From Candidatus Saccharimonadota bacterium (GTDB lineage Bacteria; Patescibacteriota; Gracilibacteria; UBA4473), in contig JACKFV010000001.1 of assembly GCA_020632335.1 (NCBI GenBank), positions 270,001-302,000 of the forward strand: a DNA stretch of 32,000 bases, written 5' to 3'. Below, in pieces: positions 31,083 through 32,000 of this stretch (position 1 is the first letter of the stretch; every line of letters starts with the position of its first letter). Both the position numbers and the translations under genes were made by a program. Under the pieces are notes generated by a model, which was not told the DNA's origin, ran no database searches, and was given only the letters and a program-made list of their open reading frames with translations.

Positions 31083-32000
31083 ATGGTGTGTCCTCGCATT
31101 CTTCGCCTTCGGAGTGGGTATCTGGCGTGGGGTATCTCTCTCGGGATCCTCAGTATATTGCTGCCACTGCAGAGCCTAGCAATAGGATTTAGTGATAATA
31201 GCGCTATTCCCTCCTGGGCGGGGCCGGCCATCTATTCGCTGGGGGAGCGGGGTATCATCACCGGGAATGGCGATGGGAGCTTTGCCCCTGACCGGCCGGT
31301 GAACCGCGCGGAGTTCGCGAAGCTCTTTGTCGGTCTGCACAATCTGCCGGGAGCGGCACTGGCCGCGGGGCAGTTTACTGACGTCAGCGGTGACGAGTGG
31401 TATGCCCCTTACGTGGGGGCCGCGGTGGCCAAGGGCTGGCTGAATGGCTATAGCGACAAGACCTTTCGCCCGGGGGACCCCATCAACCGTGCCGAGGTAG
31501 CGAAAATCATCGGGGAGGCGCTGGACGAGCCCTTTAAAAGTGATATCCCTGCCGGAGCGCCGTGGTATGATAAGTACTTCTATAAGCTGAATGATACCGG
31601 GCTGATGGCGCACGGAACGGATTTCTCCAACGCCGAGCCGGCCGTATACCCCACCCGCGCCGAGGTGAGCGAGCAGCTCTTCCGGTATATGATCTACCGG
31701 CAGTTCCTCACCACAGAGGATCTGCAGCCCTTTGACGGCTTTGACCCGTATACCGCTACGGGGGGCGTGATGGTGGTGAGTGACAGCCTCAGCAGCACAG
31801 ACCCCCTAGCAGATGCGAGCATGTACGAGTATATTGAGCCCTTCCCGCTGCGCTACCCCATCAGCCCCAATGCCGGCACGATGCATATACAAGACACCGG
31901 GCAGCTGGAGGCGGGCTATTATCTAGAGCCAGACGAGCGGAATATCGCGCTGCACTCGCTGCAGTTTACGTGTGAGAAGACGGCCGAGTGCAAGCTCTAC
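31083..32000 (+). CDS. SLH-domain surface protein, 3' end cut by the window edge
   Basis: Frame 3 is open from 31017 to the window end. The ATG at 31083 gives the signal peptide MVCPRILRLRSGYLAWGISLGILSILLPLQSLA. SLH repeats follow: FSDNSAIPSWAGPAIYSLGERGIITGNGDGSFAPDRPVNRAEFAKL and FTDVSGDEWYAPYVGAAVAKGWLNGYSDKTFRPGDPINRAEVAKI. ATG 31062 is an alternative start. Confidence 0.8.
   Translation, partial: MVCPRILRLRSGYLAWGISLGILSILLPLQSLAIGFSDNSAIPSWAGPAIYSLGERGIITGNGDGSFAPDRPVNRAEFAKLFVGLHNLPGAALAAGQFTDVSGDEWYAPYVGAAVAKGWLNGYSDKTFRPGDPINRAEVAKIIGEALDEPFKSDIPAGAPWYDKYFYKLNDTGLMAHGTDFSNAEPAVYPTRAEVSEQLFRYMIYRQFLTTEDLQPFDGFDPYTATGGVMVVSDSLSSTDPLADASMYEYIEPFPLRYPISPNAGTMHIQDTGQLEAGYYLEPDERNIALHSLQFTCEKTAECKLY

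Noticed and set aside
1-32000. A scan for CRISPR arrays, IS elements or inverted terminal repeats, integrases next to the tRNA, rRNA genes, and toxin-antitoxin or defence-system gene pairs.
   Set aside because: By eye I found no regularly spaced direct repeats, no transposase, integrase or recombinase motifs, no duplicated tRNA 3' fragment flanking 18258-18347, and no recognisable defence-system domains. An exhaustive computational repeat search was not possible here.

Overview
By eye this is a GC-rich, tightly packed bacterial chromosomal segment with 32 supportable protein-coding genes (two cut by the window edges) and one tRNA. I found no rRNA, CRISPR array, transposase, integrase or phage genes. 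All family calls come from motif recognition by eye, not from database searches. Most of the window is housekeeping: tgt, class I fructose-bisphosphate aldolase, pgk, uvrC, murA, mutL, topA, rluD-type pseudouridine synthase, SpoU/TrmH methyltransferase, rpmB and tRNA-Leu(GAG). Between these sit membrane and envelope genes: a 6TM Kv-type K+ channel, GT4 and GT2 glycosyltransferases, a sphingomyelin-synthase-like PAP2_C protein, DedA, an NhaP-type Na+/H+ antiporter, DoxX, a cytochrome-b5-like protein and an SLH-domain protein. The gene mix (PrgI-family protein, class I aldolase, many membrane-flanked PH-domain proteins, almost no Shine-Dalgarno sites) is reminiscent of an uncultivated small-genome lineage, but that is inference only. 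The most unusual content is as follows. (1) At 30116-30994 an S1-S4 voltage-sensor domain with four S4 gating charges has no pore module. It is fused to a membrane-flanked bacterial PH domain and is translationally coupled to a YdjM-type membrane metal-hydrolase. (2) At 27168-29459 a 763-aa secreted protein combines a propeller-like domain, four copies of a six-cysteine module and an ICH...HGD..G.C motif, and it sits next to an orphan PrgI/VirB3-like gene. (3) At 22909-24027 a shikimate-kinase-like domain is fused to a PurN-like domain, and catalytic residues are substituted in both halves. (4) At least ten operon-leading genes share a promoter architecture that predicts leaderless mRNAs. (5) A CsoR-family repressor has a perfect palindromic operator inside its own promoter and is paired with a Cys-rich DUF4395-like membrane protein. 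(6) MurA carries Asp in place of the fosfomycin-target Cys. (7) An animal-COMT-like methyltransferase lies beside a cytochrome b5/DoxX pair.
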